A stretch of DNA of 64,000 nucleotides. Origin: a bacterium (GTDB lineage Bacteria; JAAXHH01). The notes under the pieces were generated by a model, which saw nothing but the letters and a program-made list of their open reading frames with translations, had not been told where the DNA came from and ran no database searches. Positions within the stretch are counted from its first letter, which is position 1. Each line of letters starts with the position of its first letter. The DNA lies in NCBI GenBank assembly GCA_965203885.1, contig OZ241920.1, positions 449,476 through 513,475 of the forward strand, in the 5' to 3' direction. The position numbers were made by a program, and so were the translations under genes. This document shows, one piece after another, positions 10,256-19,652 of the stretch.

Positions 10256-11377
10256 GATGTCGAAATGATACCTCGTGCCCAGGATGGTCATCTCCGTTTC
10301 AGAAACCTTGCCGAGCAGCGCAAGCACGATGTTCAGCACGATGAACAGGATGCCCAGGGAGGTCGCGACGGGACGGCGGGACGGCCTGCGGGCGGGCGTC
10401 CTGTCCCAGAAGGGCAGCAGGCAGATGGCCAGGACGACCAGGCCGGACCCGATGATGCCGATGGTCTTGGGCAGGTATTTCAAGGCCTGGTACGAGGAGA
10501 GGAAATACCATTCCGGCCTGACCCCGACGGGCGTATTGAAGGGATCGGCCTTCTCGTGCAGCGGCAATGGATAGTAGATGATCATGAGGATCATGGACAC
10601 CAGCACCAGGAGCACCACGATGAGTTCCTTCATGACGTGATGGGGATAGAAGGGCTTGCCGCCGGCTTTTTTGAGTTCATCCGGCGTCTTCTCCGGCACG
10701 TCGGTGCCCTCGAGGGGCGAAATGCCCTTGTACCGGATGAGGACCAGGTGTACGGCCACCAGGCCGACGAACACCCAGGGCAGCAGCACCACGTGTACCA
10801 TGAAGAACCGGGTGAGCGTCACGTCGGAGATGATCTCGCCGCCCCGCAGGAGGATCAGGAGATACTCGCCGACGACCGGGGTCGCGGCGGCGATTTCCGT
10901 GCCCACGGTGGTGCCCCAGTAGGACAACTGGTCCCAGGGCAGGAGATAGCCCGTGAAGCCGAAGGCCAGGGTCACGACCAGCAGGCCGAACCCGAAGAGC
11001 CAGGTTAGCTCCCTGGGTTTCTTGTAACCCCCGTAGAAGAAGACGCGGACCGAGTGCAGCAGCAGGAAGGCGATCATGAAGTTGGCGCCGTAGGAATGCA
11101 CCTGGCGCATGAGCCAGCCGAAGCGCACCTGCTCCATGATGTACCTGACGCTCTCGTAGGCCGTATCGGCGGAGGCCTCGTAATAGATCATCAGGAATAC
11201 GCCCGAGACGGCCTGGGACAGGAAGAACATCAGGGTGACCGTCCCGAAGGAGAACAGCCAGTTGAGATGGCGGGGCACGGGCTTGACCAGCTGGCGGCGG
11301 CAGAAATCGATGACGATCGATATTTCCACGCGGTCGTCGAGCCAGCGGTACAGCGCGTTGGACAGGCGTCTGATCAT
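10178..11377 (-). CDS. cytochrome b (fused b6 + subunit IV type)
   Basis: 399 aa with multiple TM helices. Conserved His ligands and the b/b6 PEWY-like region (RPEWYFL). Confidence 0.9.
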   Translation of the reverse strand: MIRRLSNALYRWLDDRVEISIVIDFCRRQLVKPVPRHLNWLFSFGTVTLMFFLSQAVSGVFLMIYYEASADTAYESVRYIMEQVRFGWLMRQVHSYGANFMIAFLLLHSVRVFFYGGYKKPRELTWLFGFGLLVVTLAFGFTGYLLPWDQLSYWGTTVGTEIAAATPVVGEYLLILLRGGEIISDVTLTRFFMVHVVLLPWVFVGLVAVHLVLIRYKGISPLEGTDVPEKTPDELKKAGGKPFYPHHVMKELIVVLLVLVSMILMIIYYPLPLHEKADPFNTPVGVRPEWYFLSSYQALKYLPKTIGIIGSGLVVLAICLLPFWDRTPARRPSRRPVATSLGILFIVLNIVLALLGKVSETEMTILGTRYHFDIYGWPHAIATVEEPAAGPATGGGEDE

Positions 11378-11423
11378 GGTGGCAGGTTCACGCTCCGCGT
11401 AGATGGGATCGTCCGGGGACCGG

Positions 11424-11924
11424 CTACGCCCCGATGATGATCTTGTCGTCGCTGACGGACAGTTCGACCGCGGTCAGGGGGCCGGGAATCGGTCCGCCCT
11501 GGACGCTGCCGTCCATGCCGAACTTCCCGCCGTGACAGGGACAGATCAGGCTCTGCGTTCCGCCCTCCCACTTGACGACGCAGCCCAGGTGCGGGCATAC
11601 GGCGTTGTAGGCGATGTACCCGTCGGACGTGTTTACCACGATGGTCGGCCGGCCCCGGTAGATCACCGTCCGGGACGTGCCCTCGGGAAGGGAGGCCCGG
11701 TCGATCTCGACCCGGTCGCCGCCTTCGGCTTCGGGGGGCGGTTCGATGTACCGGATGAGCGGATAGGCGGCCATCAGGAAACCGAGACCGCCCAGCGCGC
11801 CGAGGCACCTGCGCAGGAACCGGCGGCGGCGGACCGGGTCGGGACGCTTCTCGACGGGCGCTTTTGGGGGCTTCCCGGCGGGGACTTCGGACCCGGGTGG
11901 TTTCGGTGTAGAGGACATGTACAA
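11424..11924 (-). CDS. Rieske 2Fe-2S protein with Tat signal
   Basis: CPHLGC and CPCHGG cluster-binding boxes. Twin-arginine RRRFLRR followed by a TM segment. Confidence 0.9.
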   Translation of the reverse strand: MYMSSTPKPPGSEVPAGKPPKAPVEKRPDPVRRRRFLRRCLGALGGLGFLMAAYPLIRYIEPPPEAEGGDRVEIDRASLPEGTSRTVIYRGRPTIVVNTSDGYIAYNAVCPHLGCVVKWEGGTQSLICPCHGGKFGMDGSVQGGPIPGPLTAVELSVSDDKIIIGA

Positions 11925-11957
11925 TAACCCGTACGGACTTGGCTTGTGGTCAAGCGT

Positions 11958-11986
11958 AGACTAAGGCCGGCCGGCCGGATTGTCAA
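11958..11986 (-). promoter_or_regulatory. candidate sigma-70 promoter of the Rieske/cyt b/cyt c operon (TTGACA-N17-TAGTCT)
   Basis: Minus-strand TTGACA (complement of 11981-11986), a 17-nt GC-rich spacer, then TAGTCT (complement of 11958-11963). Confidence 0.3.
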
Positions 11987-12116
11987 CCAGTTTCGGGGCG
12001 ATCCGGGGCGTGCGCGCGCGCCTCGAATCGGCTTGACATATCGTGATAAAACCGCGACCTATACAGATACCATGGCCGCTTTACTATACAGAACGGTGGC
12101 CGCTTCAATATACAGC

Positions 12117-13121
12117 ATGGCGGCCGCTTCATTCAACAGAACGGTCCTGCCGCTCCTGGCCGCCGCAACCCTTGTGCACGTCCCCGGATGCGCCGCTTCC
12201 TCGCTCTCCGTCCGGTTCGACGTCTACCGGTCGCCCATGCTCGGCCTCCCCGGCGAAGACGGGAAGATCGCCCTGCTGGGATTCAACGGGACCGACCTGG
12301 CCCTGAACAACCTGACCGGGTACCTGCTGGCCCGCGCCCTGGTGTCGGAACCCACGCTGACGGCCATTGAAATGAGACCGGTGCTCCGGACGCTGTCCTT
12401 CCACGTCTATGAAGCCGGACAGGTCTCCGATTCTCTCGCGCTGCTCGTAGGCAGTGAAATAAACGCCGATGTCATCCTGGTGGGCGATCTCGAAAGGGCC
12501 TACACGCAAGCGTACGGGGAGGTCAAGGTCTTTCGGGAGGAGGAGGCCATGGAGGTGGGACTCGGCCGAACGGACATCAAGCTGTTCAACAAGTCCTACA
12601 TCGTGCCGCATATCGACCAGACGGCGGATATGACGGTTACGCTCAGGGCCTACGACGTCCGTTCGAACGAACTCCTCGGCCGCTATGCCGTAACGGAGAC
12701 TGCGTCCTATCGCACGGTGCTGTCCGATCCCATCGAATCACCGCCGCAAGAGGCGGTCTCCGTCGAGATCGTCTCGCCGGTGCTTGCCGAGGTCGTGGCC
12801 AGGCGCATCGTGGACCGGCTGATGGCCGCCATGGTAAGGGAACAGGTCCAGGTGACGCGGCGGCTGGTAGACACCGCCGACCGCCGGGCCGTCTCGGCGG
12901 CAAGAGAAGGACAATGGGCCCGGGCGGTGGCGATCTGGGAAGGCGCCGTGGAAGCGGACCCGGACGACGGGGCGTCGTGGAACAACCTGGCGGTCGCCTA
13001 CGAACGGTCGGGCCGGCGGTCCGATGCCGCGGCGGCCTACCGGAACGCCCTCTCTTCGCGTCCCCGCGACCGGTCCATACAGTCCAACATCCAAGCGTTC
13101 GGACTCCCCGCGGACCGCTAG
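12117..13121 (+). CDS. putative lipoprotein with C-terminal TPR-like repeats
   Basis: Lipoprotein-like signal MAAASFNRTVLPLLAAATLVHVPGC. The C-terminus has AVAIWEGAVEADPDDGASWNNLAVAYERSGRRSDAAAAYRNAL. Start chosen at the second ATG; 12072 is an alternative. Confidence 0.5.
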   Translation: MAAASFNRTVLPLLAAATLVHVPGCAASSLSVRFDVYRSPMLGLPGEDGKIALLGFNGTDLALNNLTGYLLARALVSEPTLTAIEMRPVLRTLSFHVYEAGQVSDSLALLVGSEINADVILVGDLERAYTQAYGEVKVFREEEAMEVGLGRTDIKLFNKSYIVPHIDQTADMTVTLRAYDVRSNELLGRYAVTETASYRTVLSDPIESPPQEAVSVEIVSPVLAEVVARRIVDRLMAAMVREQVQVTRRLVDTADRRAVSAAREGQWARAVAIWEGAVEADPDDGASWNNLAVAYERSGRRSDAAAAYRNALSSRPRDRSIQSNIQAFGLPADR

Positions 13122-14137
13122 TCGATGCGGACCATCCGGTTGCCCTCGGCCGATGCGTAGATACCGTCCAGGATCTGCATGATTTCGACGCCCTGCTCGC
13201 CCGTGGACATGGGCGTGCGCCCGGCCCGGACGCAGTCCACGAAATGGGCGATCTCGGCGGCGACGCAATCCGACCACTCCCGCGGGGTGTAGGCGGGCGT
13301 GATATCCACCTGCTCGCCGTGCAGGTCGGTATAGACGGTCAGGTCGTTTCCCGTGATCCCGGCGCCGCCCCGGGTGCCCATCAGCTTGACGTACGATCCC
13401 TCCGAGGGAACGTGGGAGGCCCAGCTCGTCTCCGCGACGAGCGTGGCGCCGTCTTCGAACCGGATGAAGGCGGCGGCGAGGTCTTCCACGTCGAAGACGC
13501 CCTCCACCGAATCGCTCAGCCGGGCATAGGTGGCGCCCACCACGGACTCCGGGCGGGGGTTGCCCATCAGCCAGCGCGTGAGATCGATCATGTGGACGCC
13601 GAGGTCGATCAAGGGGCCGCCGCCGGCCTGGGACTTGCGCGTGAACCACGTCCCGGGTCCCGGAACGCCGCTCCGCCTGAGCCAGCCCGTTTTGGCATAG
13701 TAGATCTCGCCCAGCACGTCCTGCTCGATGAGCTTCTTCAGGATCCGGGTCTCGGTGCGGAACCGGTTGTTCAGGGCGATCATCAGGAACCGGCCGTTGC
13801 GCCGGGCGGCCGCGGCCATGTCCCGCGCCTGCCCCGCGTTCAGCGCCATGGGCTTTTCGCACAGCACGTGGGCGTCGGCGTCCAGGACGTCGATGGTCAC
13901 CGGCGCGTGGAGGAAATTCGGGAGGCAGACGCTGACCAGGTCGGGACCCAGGGCGGCCAGGTCCCTGTAGTCGGTGAACGCGTGGGGCACGTCGTGCCTC
14001 GACGCGGTTTCCCCGGCCAGCCCGGCATCGAGGTCGGCCAGTCCGATGACCTCGACCCGCTCATCCTTCAGGTAGCCGGCGAGATGGGCCTGCCCGAGCC
14101 CCAGCCCGATCACGCCGGCCGTCGTTTTCTCGTTCAT
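13118..14137 (-). CDS. Gfo/Idh/MocA-family NAD(P)-dependent oxidoreductase
   Basis: N-terminal Rossmann GVIGLGLGQAHLAGY and the EKPMA motif typical of the family. Confidence 0.8.
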   Translation of the reverse strand: MNEKTTAGVIGLGLGQAHLAGYLKDERVEVIGLADLDAGLAGETASRHDVPHAFTDYRDLAALGPDLVSVCLPNFLHAPVTIDVLDADAHVLCEKPMALNAGQARDMAAAARRNGRFLMIALNNRFRTETRILKKLIEQDVLGEIYYAKTGWLRRSGVPGPGTWFTRKSQAGGGPLIDLGVHMIDLTRWLMGNPRPESVVGATYARLSDSVEGVFDVEDLAAAFIRFEDGATLVAETSWASHVPSEGSYVKLMGTRGGAGITGNDLTVYTDLHGEQVDITPAYTPREWSDCVAAEIAHFVDCVRAGRTPMSTGEQGVEIMQILDGIYASAEGNRMVRID

Positions 14138-14162
14138 TCGCCTGTCCGGAAGGGTCCGTCCA

Positions 14163-14681
14163 CTATCGTCCACCGCGGTAGGCGATCAGGTCGATCTCGA
14201 TCCCGGCGTTGAGGACGACCCCCGACTGGATGGTGGATCGGGCGGGCGGATCGCCCGTGTAGTAGGACCGGTACACTTCGTTCATGGCGGAGAAATCATC
14301 CAGGTCGTCCAGGAACACCGTGGCCTTGACGACGTCGTCCATCGTCAGGCCGGACTTGGCCAGCGCCTTCTGCAGGTTGTCCATGACCATCTTCGTTTCC
14401 GCCTGGATGCCGCCGGGGATGATCCGGCCACGGACGGCCGCGATCTTGCCCGAAAGGAACACGAAGTCGCCCGCCTCGATGGCCTCGCTGTAGTTCTGGC
14501 CGGGCGCGATGGCCTTGCGTCCCCGGTCGTCCTGCGACTGGGCGGGCAGGACGGCGTAACCCAGCGAGACGACGGCGACGAGCAGCGCCGCGAAGCCGGC
14601 GAACAGCCACTTTGAAACCACGATGTTCAACTCGAAAGATTCCTCTTTTCTACCGCCCCTGATGCGTATGGTCGAGCCCAT
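14163..14681 (-). CDS. RidA/YjgF-family protein with N-terminal signal/TM segment
   Basis: Only the C-terminal 172 codons of the track ORF 14163..15761 are credible (MGSTIRI...). They carry the RidA fold signature (GDFVFLSG ... TVFLDDLDDFSAMNEVY). The upstream 360 codons are antisense to the 14931..15647 gene. Confidence 0.7.
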   Translation of the reverse strand: MGSTIRIRGGRKEESFELNIVVSKWLFAGFAALLVAVVSLGYAVLPAQSQDDRGRKAIAPGQNYSEAIEAGDFVFLSGKIAAVRGRIIPGGIQAETKMVMDNLQKALAKSGLTMDDVVKATVFLDDLDDFSAMNEVYRSYYTGDPPARSTIQSGVVLNAGIEIDLIAYRGGR

Positions 14682-14930
14682 GACTGCCTCCCCTGATTTT
14701 GGTTGACACAACATGCCTTCGGTTTTATCTTTATGACCTATGATCGAAAAATCAAGTAGTATTGGGAAAAGGATGGATATGTCGACGAGCCCGATTGTCT
14801 GTATGGTCCGACTCCAATTGCCTCTTCGGACCCGGGGCCCGGTAAAAACAGATTGAAGCGAAAGGAAATGCACGGTCAGCGTGCATTTTTTTTTGTCCGC
14901 CTTTTCTTCTCCATGGAGGGTTAGGGTCGC

Positions 14931-15647
14931 ATGCAGGAAAGCTTGAGGGCGTTGCTGGAATTGCAGAAGACGGACCAGGACCTGCACGAGCTCGAACAGT
15001 TCAAGGTAGACATTCCGAATCAGCTGGAGACGATGAAAACCGTCCAGTCCGAGGCGGAGAGCCGGCTCGGGGACCAGGAAACGAAGGTCGAGGACATCGA
15101 TAAGGACCGGCGCCGGCACGAACGGGACCTGCAGGCCGCGCAGGAACAGGTCAAGAAGTACCAGGGGCAGTTGTACAGCGTCAAGACCAACAAGGAATAC
15201 GACGCCCTTCAGATGGAGATCCAGGCGCAGAAGAACCGCATCTCCGAACTCGAAGACGCGATTCTGCAGTTGATCTCCGAAGCCGAGGCCGAGCAGGAGA
15301 CGCTGGGGACCATGCGCGGCGAAACCGAAACGCTCGTCGAGCGCTTCGGCGAAGAACGCACGGCGCTCGAGTCCAGGCTTTCGGCGGTGGACGAAGACGT
15401 CGCCGTCAAAATGGACGAGCGCAAGCGAATGGCCATGCGCGTGGAGAACCGGGTCCTGAAGGTATACGACCGCATCCGGCGCAACCTGCGGGGGATGACC
15501 GTCGTACCGGTGAAGAAGGGGGCCTGCTCCGGCTGTTTCTACGTGATACCGCTCCAGGTCGTCATGCAGATCCGCCAGGGGCGCAGGCTGGTGTCCTGTG
15601 AGAGCTGCGGCAGGATCCTGATCCTGGAAGAAGGCCTGGAGTACTGA
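14931..15647 (+). CDS. C4-type zinc-ribbon domain protein with long N-terminal coiled coil (COG1579-like)
   Basis: Coiled-coil-rich N-terminus. The C-terminus has CSGC...17...CESCGRIL. Confidence 0.7.
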   Translation: MQESLRALLELQKTDQDLHELEQFKVDIPNQLETMKTVQSEAESRLGDQETKVEDIDKDRRRHERDLQAAQEQVKKYQGQLYSVKTNKEYDALQMEIQAQKNRISELEDAILQLISEAEAEQETLGTMRGETETLVERFGEERTALESRLSAVDEDVAVKMDERKRMAMRVENRVLKVYDRIRRNLRGMTVVPVKKGACSGCFYVIPLQVVMQIRQGRRLVSCESCGRILILEEGLEY

Positions 15648-15654
15648 GATCCGT

Positions 15655-15740
15655 CCGGCCGTGTCCGCCCGCGCCAGGCCGGGCCGCCCGCGCCAGGCCG
15701 TGTCCGCCCGCGCCAGGCCGGGCCGCCCGCGCCAGGCCAC
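15655..15740. repeat. 40-bp direct tandem repeat x2 (or 20 bp x4)
   Basis: ccgtgtccgcccgcgccaggccgggccgcccgcgccaggc occurs twice in tandem, immediately upstream of rnpB. Confidence 0.85.
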
Positions 15741-15827
15741 TTCCGGCCGTCCGGCAGTCATTTCTTCGGCCGCCGGGGTTGAACCGCGCCGCGTCCCTGG
15801 TTATATTGTAACTGTAAAACGTCCCAA

Positions 15828-16203
15828 GTCGTCCAGGCGATCGCGTTCGCCGGCAAGGCGGACGAGGAAAGTCCGAGCACCGCAGGGCGGGATGCCTGCT
15901 AACGGCAGGGGGCAGTGATGCCACGGAAAGTGTCACAGAAAACACACGGCCGATCCCTTCGGGGAGGCAAAGGTGAAAAGGTGAGGTAAGAGCTCACCGC
16001 GGTCCGGGTAACCGGTCCGGCAGGACAAACCCCATCCGGTGCAAGACCGAATAGGAGAGGAGAGACGGCCCGTCTCGACCGCCGGGAAACCGGAGACTCT
16101 CGGGTAAGGTCGCACGAGGCGGCTGGCGACAGCCGTCCCAGATAGATGATCGCCACCTTCACCGCGAAGGCACAGAACTCGGCTTACGGCCGGCTTGGAC
16201 GTT
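15828..16203 (+). ncRNA. rnpB: RNase P RNA, bacterial type A
   Basis: Conserved regions are present in order. CR-I GAGGAAAGUCCG. The P10-P12 block AAGGUGAAAAGGUGAGGUAAGAGCUCACC. CR-IV/V ACAGAACUCGGCUUA. P1 pairing between 15830-15838 and 16193-16201. An AT-rich patch (ttatattgtaactgtaaaac) lies just upstream. The ORFs overlapping this interval are spurious. Confidence 0.85.
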
Positions 16204-16278
16204 TTACGATTCCCGGTGTTCCCGCGGTCCGCCCGCCATCCCGGGCGCCGCGATCACCCTCAACATCCGACAGGTTGC

Positions 16279-17988
16279 ATGAACAGCCGCTGGGTCCTAC
16301 ACGACGAACATCCCCAGGTTCCCCGGATGATGGAGCAGATCAACGTTCCGCGCGTGATCGCGCAGATCCTGCTCAACCGGGGCGTTTCGACCTTCGATGA
16401 CGCCCGGTACTTCCTGAAGCCCACGCTGGACGATCTGCACAGCCCGTTCCTCATGGAGGACATGGACCTGGCCGTCGAACGGATCGCCGAGGCCATCGAA
16501 CGCAAGGAACACATCATGGTCTTCGGCGACTACGACGTGGACGGGACCACGGCCACCACGCTGCTGTACCTCACGATCAAGTTGCTGACGGACCGGATTT
16601 CCTCCTACATACCCAACCGCCTGACCGATGGCTACGGACTGTCCATCGAAGGCCTGCAGGAAGCCCAAAACCGCGGCGTAACGCTGATCCTGGCCGTCGA
16701 CTGCGGGATTACCGCCAACGCGGAGGTGGACCGGGCCCGCGAGATGGGCATCGACATCGTCATCATCGATCACCACGTGCCGGGCGATACCCTTCCCAAC
16801 GGCGTCGCCATTCTGAACCCGAAACGGGCCGACTGCGGATACCCGTTCAAGGAACTCTGCGGCGTCGGCCTGGCGTACAAGGTGGCGCAGGCGCTGGCCG
16901 AGCACGTGGGGCTGCCGGAGAACGCGGTATATACGCACATGGACCTCGTGGCCCTGGGCACGACGGCGGACATCGTCCCCCTGCGCGACGAGAACAGGGT
17001 GCTGACCAAGTACGGCCTGGACATGATGCAGCAGACGCACAAATCGGGCCTGCAGGCGCTGCTGGACGTATCGGGGCTGCGGGAGAAGGAACTGTCCACG
17101 GGCCACATGCTTTTCCTGCTGGCGCCGCGTATAAATGCCGCCGGCCGCATGGGCGACGCCACGCGCGTGGTCGACCTCCTGATCACGGAGGACCAGCACA
17201 GGGCGGCCCAACTGGCCGAAGAGTTGAACCAGGAGAACCAGAGACGGCGCAAGGAGGACACGCTTACTTTCGAAGCGGCCCGGGAGGTCGTGGAGAAGGA
17301 CCCGTTCCTCCGGGAGGCGAAGGGGCTCGTCCTCGATTCGGAGACCTGGCATCCCGGCATCATCGGCATCGTCGCCTCCCGCATGGTGGAAGCCTTCAAC
17401 CGGCCGGTCGTGATGATCTCGACCGCGGGCGAGAAGGGACGGGGCTCGGCGCGCACCGTGGGCGATTTCCACCTCTACAACGCCATCAAGGAGTGCTCCG
17501 ACCTGCTGATTCAATTCGGCGGCCACCACCACGCGGCAGGCCTGTCCATCGAGAAGGACCGCATCGAGGCCTTCCGGCGGAAGTTCCACGAGGTGGTCGC
17601 GGCGCGCGCGACGCCGGCCGATTTCATACCCAGGCTCGAAATCGACTCGGAAATCGAGCTCGAAGAAGTGACTCCGCGCATGGTACGGCTGATGAAGATG
17701 ATCGGGCCCTTCGGACCGGCGAACCACCACCCCGTGCTCGTGTCGCGCGACCTGAGCGTCGTCGGAAAGCCGAGGACGATCGGGATGGACAACAAGCACC
17801 TGAGGTTCCGGGTAAGGCAGAAAGGCCGCGTCATGGACGCCATCGGCTTCGGCATGGCGCACTTCGCCGACAAGCTGAAGGACAGCCGGGACCACCTGGA
17901 CCTGGCGTACACCCTCGAGGAAAACACCTTTCGGGGCGAGACCAGCCTCCAGTTGCGCATTAAAGACATCAAACTCGGCACGGCATAG
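16279..17988 (+). CDS. recJ: single-stranded-DNA-specific exonuclease RecJ
   Basis: DHH phosphoesterase motifs (VFGDYDVDGTTAT, DHHV) and DHHA1. Start trimmed to the ATG at 16279 so it does not overlap rnpB. Confidence 0.9.
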   Translation: MNSRWVLHDEHPQVPRMMEQINVPRVIAQILLNRGVSTFDDARYFLKPTLDDLHSPFLMEDMDLAVERIAEAIERKEHIMVFGDYDVDGTTATTLLYLTIKLLTDRISSYIPNRLTDGYGLSIEGLQEAQNRGVTLILAVDCGITANAEVDRAREMGIDIVIIDHHVPGDTLPNGVAILNPKRADCGYPFKELCGVGLAYKVAQALAEHVGLPENAVYTHMDLVALGTTADIVPLRDENRVLTKYGLDMMQQTHKSGLQALLDVSGLREKELSTGHMLFLLAPRINAAGRMGDATRVVDLLITEDQHRAAQLAEELNQENQRRRKEDTLTFEAAREVVEKDPFLREAKGLVLDSETWHPGIIGIVASRMVEAFNRPVVMISTAGEKGRGSARTVGDFHLYNAIKECSDLLIQFGGHHHAAGLSIEKDRIEAFRRKFHEVVAARATPADFIPRLEIDSEIELEEVTPRMVRLMKMIGPFGPANHHPVLVSRDLSVVGKPRTIGMDNKHLRFRVRQKGRVMDAIGFGMAHFADKLKDSRDHLDLAYTLEENTFRGETSLQLRIKDIKLGTA

Positions 17989-18002
17989 CCGCCGATCCCG
18001 CT

Positions 18003-18941
18003 ATGAAACTACTCGACCGTTTCCTCGACGGCGACCGGACCGCCCTGTCCCGCGTGATTACCCTGCTGGAAAACGACCGGAGCCGCAGGTCCGCGATCAT
18101 GGACCGGCTGTATCCCCGTTCCGGCAAGGCCCGCCGCATCGGGATCACGGGTCCGCCAGGTTCCGGAAAGAGCACCCTGGCGGACCGCCTCACCATCCTG
18201 CTGCGGAACAGCGGCAGCACGGTGGGCATCGTGGCGGTGGACCCGACCAGTCCCTTCACCGGCGGGGCGTTGCTCGGCGACCGGTTCCGCATGCAGGGGT
18301 CGTGGGACGACCCCCAGGTCTTCCTGCGCAGCCTGGCCGACCGGAGCCATGCCGGCGGCCTTTCGGAGGCGACTCCCCACGCGATGACGGCCCTTGACGC
18401 CTTCGGCAAAGACGTTATCATTGTGGAGACCGTAGGCGTGGGCCAGTCCACGCTCGACGTGTCCGACGTCAGCGATACCACGGTCGTCCTGCTCACGCCG
18501 GAGTCGGGCGACAGCATCCAGGCCATGAAGGCCGGCCTCATGGAGATCGCCGACGTCCTGGTCGTCAACAAGTCCGACCGGGACGGGGCGGACCGGTTCG
18601 CCGCGGAGCTCAGGACCATCGTGGACCTGGGGCGGTGGGAGGAAGGCTGGAAACCGCCCGTCCTCAGCGTCAGCGCGCGGGACGATATCGGCGTGGACGG
18701 CGTGTGCGAACAGCTGGACGCCCACGGGGACTATCTCGCCGCGGAAGGAAGGCTGGAGAAGCGCCGGCTGCGCCAGGGCCGTTCGGCGATCGAAAAGGCG
18801 CTCGGCGAAATGTGGCGGGGCAGGCTGACCGAATTACGGGGCGCCGACGGGACCATGGACGGCCTGTCCGAACGCGTCGCCCGCAGGGAGATCCATCCCC
18901 TCGCGGCCGCGCGGGAGATGATGGACAGGCTGGAAATCTGA
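18003..18941 (+). CDS. meaB: methylmalonyl-CoA mutase-associated GTPase MeaB/ArgK
   Basis: P-loop [12 protein letters not shown], Dxx[10 protein letters not shown], and NKSD. Confidence 0.85.
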   Translation: MKLLDRFLDGDRTALSRVITLLENDRSRRSAIMDRLYPRSGKARRIGITGPPGSGKSTLADRLTILLRNSGSTVGIVAVDPTSPFTGGALLGDRFRMQGSWDDPQVFLRSLADRSHAGGLSEATPHAMTALDAFGKDVIIVETVGVGQSTLDVSDVSDTTVVLLTPESGDSIQAMKAGLMEIADVLVVNKSDRDGADRFAAELRTIVDLGRWEEGWKPPVLSVSARDDIGVDGVCEQLDAHGDYLAAEGRLEKRRLRQGRSAIEKALGEMWRGRLTELRGADGTMDGLSERVARREIHPLAAAREMMDRLEI

Positions 18942-18942
18942 C

Positions 18943-19064
18943 GCGGCCGGGGCCCGGCCGACTGACGCGGCGGTGCCCCGATTTGCGGCCGGGGCCTGGC
19001 CGATTGACGCGGCGGTGCCCCGATTTGCGGCCGGGGCCTGGCCGATTGACGCGGCGGTGCCGCC
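18943..19064. repeat. 42-bp direct tandem repeat x about 2.9 between meaB and the B12-binding gene
   Basis: gcggccggggcc[c/t]ggccga[c/t]tgacgcggcggtgccccgattt repeats at 18943, 18985 and 19027. Confidence 0.85.
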
Positions 19065-19099
19065 CCGCGGTCCCGCGCGTCGGGAGAGCACGATCGATC

Positions 19100-19516
19100 A
19101 TGGCAGAAAACATACGCGTTCTCGTAGCCAAACCGGGTCTGGACGGCCATGACCGGGGCGCCAAGGTGGTGGCCGGCGCCTTGCGCGACGCCGGCATGGA
19201 AGTGATCTACACCGGACTGAGGCAGACGCCGGAAATGATCGTGGAGGCGGCCGTACAGGAAGACGTGGACGTGGTCGCGCTGAGCATCCTCTCGGGCGCC
19301 CACATGACCATCTTCCCCCGCGTCATGGCACTGCTGCGGGAAAGGGGCGTCGGCCACATGCTCCTCACCGGCGGCGGGATCATTCCGAAATCCGACGCGG
19401 CCGAACTCGCGGACCTGGGCGTGGGAAAACTCTTCGGTCCCGGCACGTCGACGCGGGACATCATAGCCTATATCAACGGGGAAGTGGGCCGCCGGCGCGT
19501 GGAGGACGAGTTGTAG
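19100..19516 (+). CDS. cobalamin (B12)-binding domain protein (methylmalonyl-CoA mutase C-terminal / small subunit type)
   Basis: Carries [11 protein letters not shown], the DxHxxG B12-binding motif, and a Rossmann-like fold signature. The track ORF from 18635 adds an Arg/Gly-rich non-coding extension over the repeats. Confidence 0.8.
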   Translation: MAENIRVLVAKPGLDGHDRGAKVVAGALRDAGMEVIYTGLRQTPEMIVEAAVQEDVDVVALSILSGAHMTIFPRVMALLRERGVGHMLLTGGGIIPKSDAAELADLGVGKLFGPGTSTRDIIAYINGEVGRRRVEDEL

Positions 19517-19652
19517 CGTGCGCCGGACCCGGGCCGGATCAGGTGCGGACCCGAACGGCCCCGCGCCGGACCCGAACGGACCGGACCCGGGATCCAGGGT
19601 GCGATGAGCCAGGATGTACCATGACGTACGGGACAGAATCCAGGAGGGACAC

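Noticed and set aside
12036-12075. plus-strand TTGACA box upstream of the lipoprotein gene as a promoter
   Set aside because: No acceptable -10 hexamer at 16-19 nt spacing (nearest TATACA at 21 nt).
14700-15761. N-terminal 360 codons of track ORF 14163..15761
   Set aside because: They are antisense to the zinc-ribbon gene at 14931..15647. Only the RidA-like C-terminal portion (14163-14681) is credible.
15899-16162. short ORFs on both strands at 15899-16400
   Set aside because: They lie inside the rnpB structural RNA.
16297-17895. 532-aa minus-strand ORF and nested 228-aa ORF
   Set aside because: They are antisense to recJ (DHH/DHHA1 motifs on the plus strand).
18635-19099. N-terminal 155-codon extension of the B12-binding domain ORF
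   Set aside because: It runs across the 42-bp repeat array with Arg/Gly-rich composition. The true start is the ATG at 19100, preceded by the conserved [14 protein letters not shown]-terminus.
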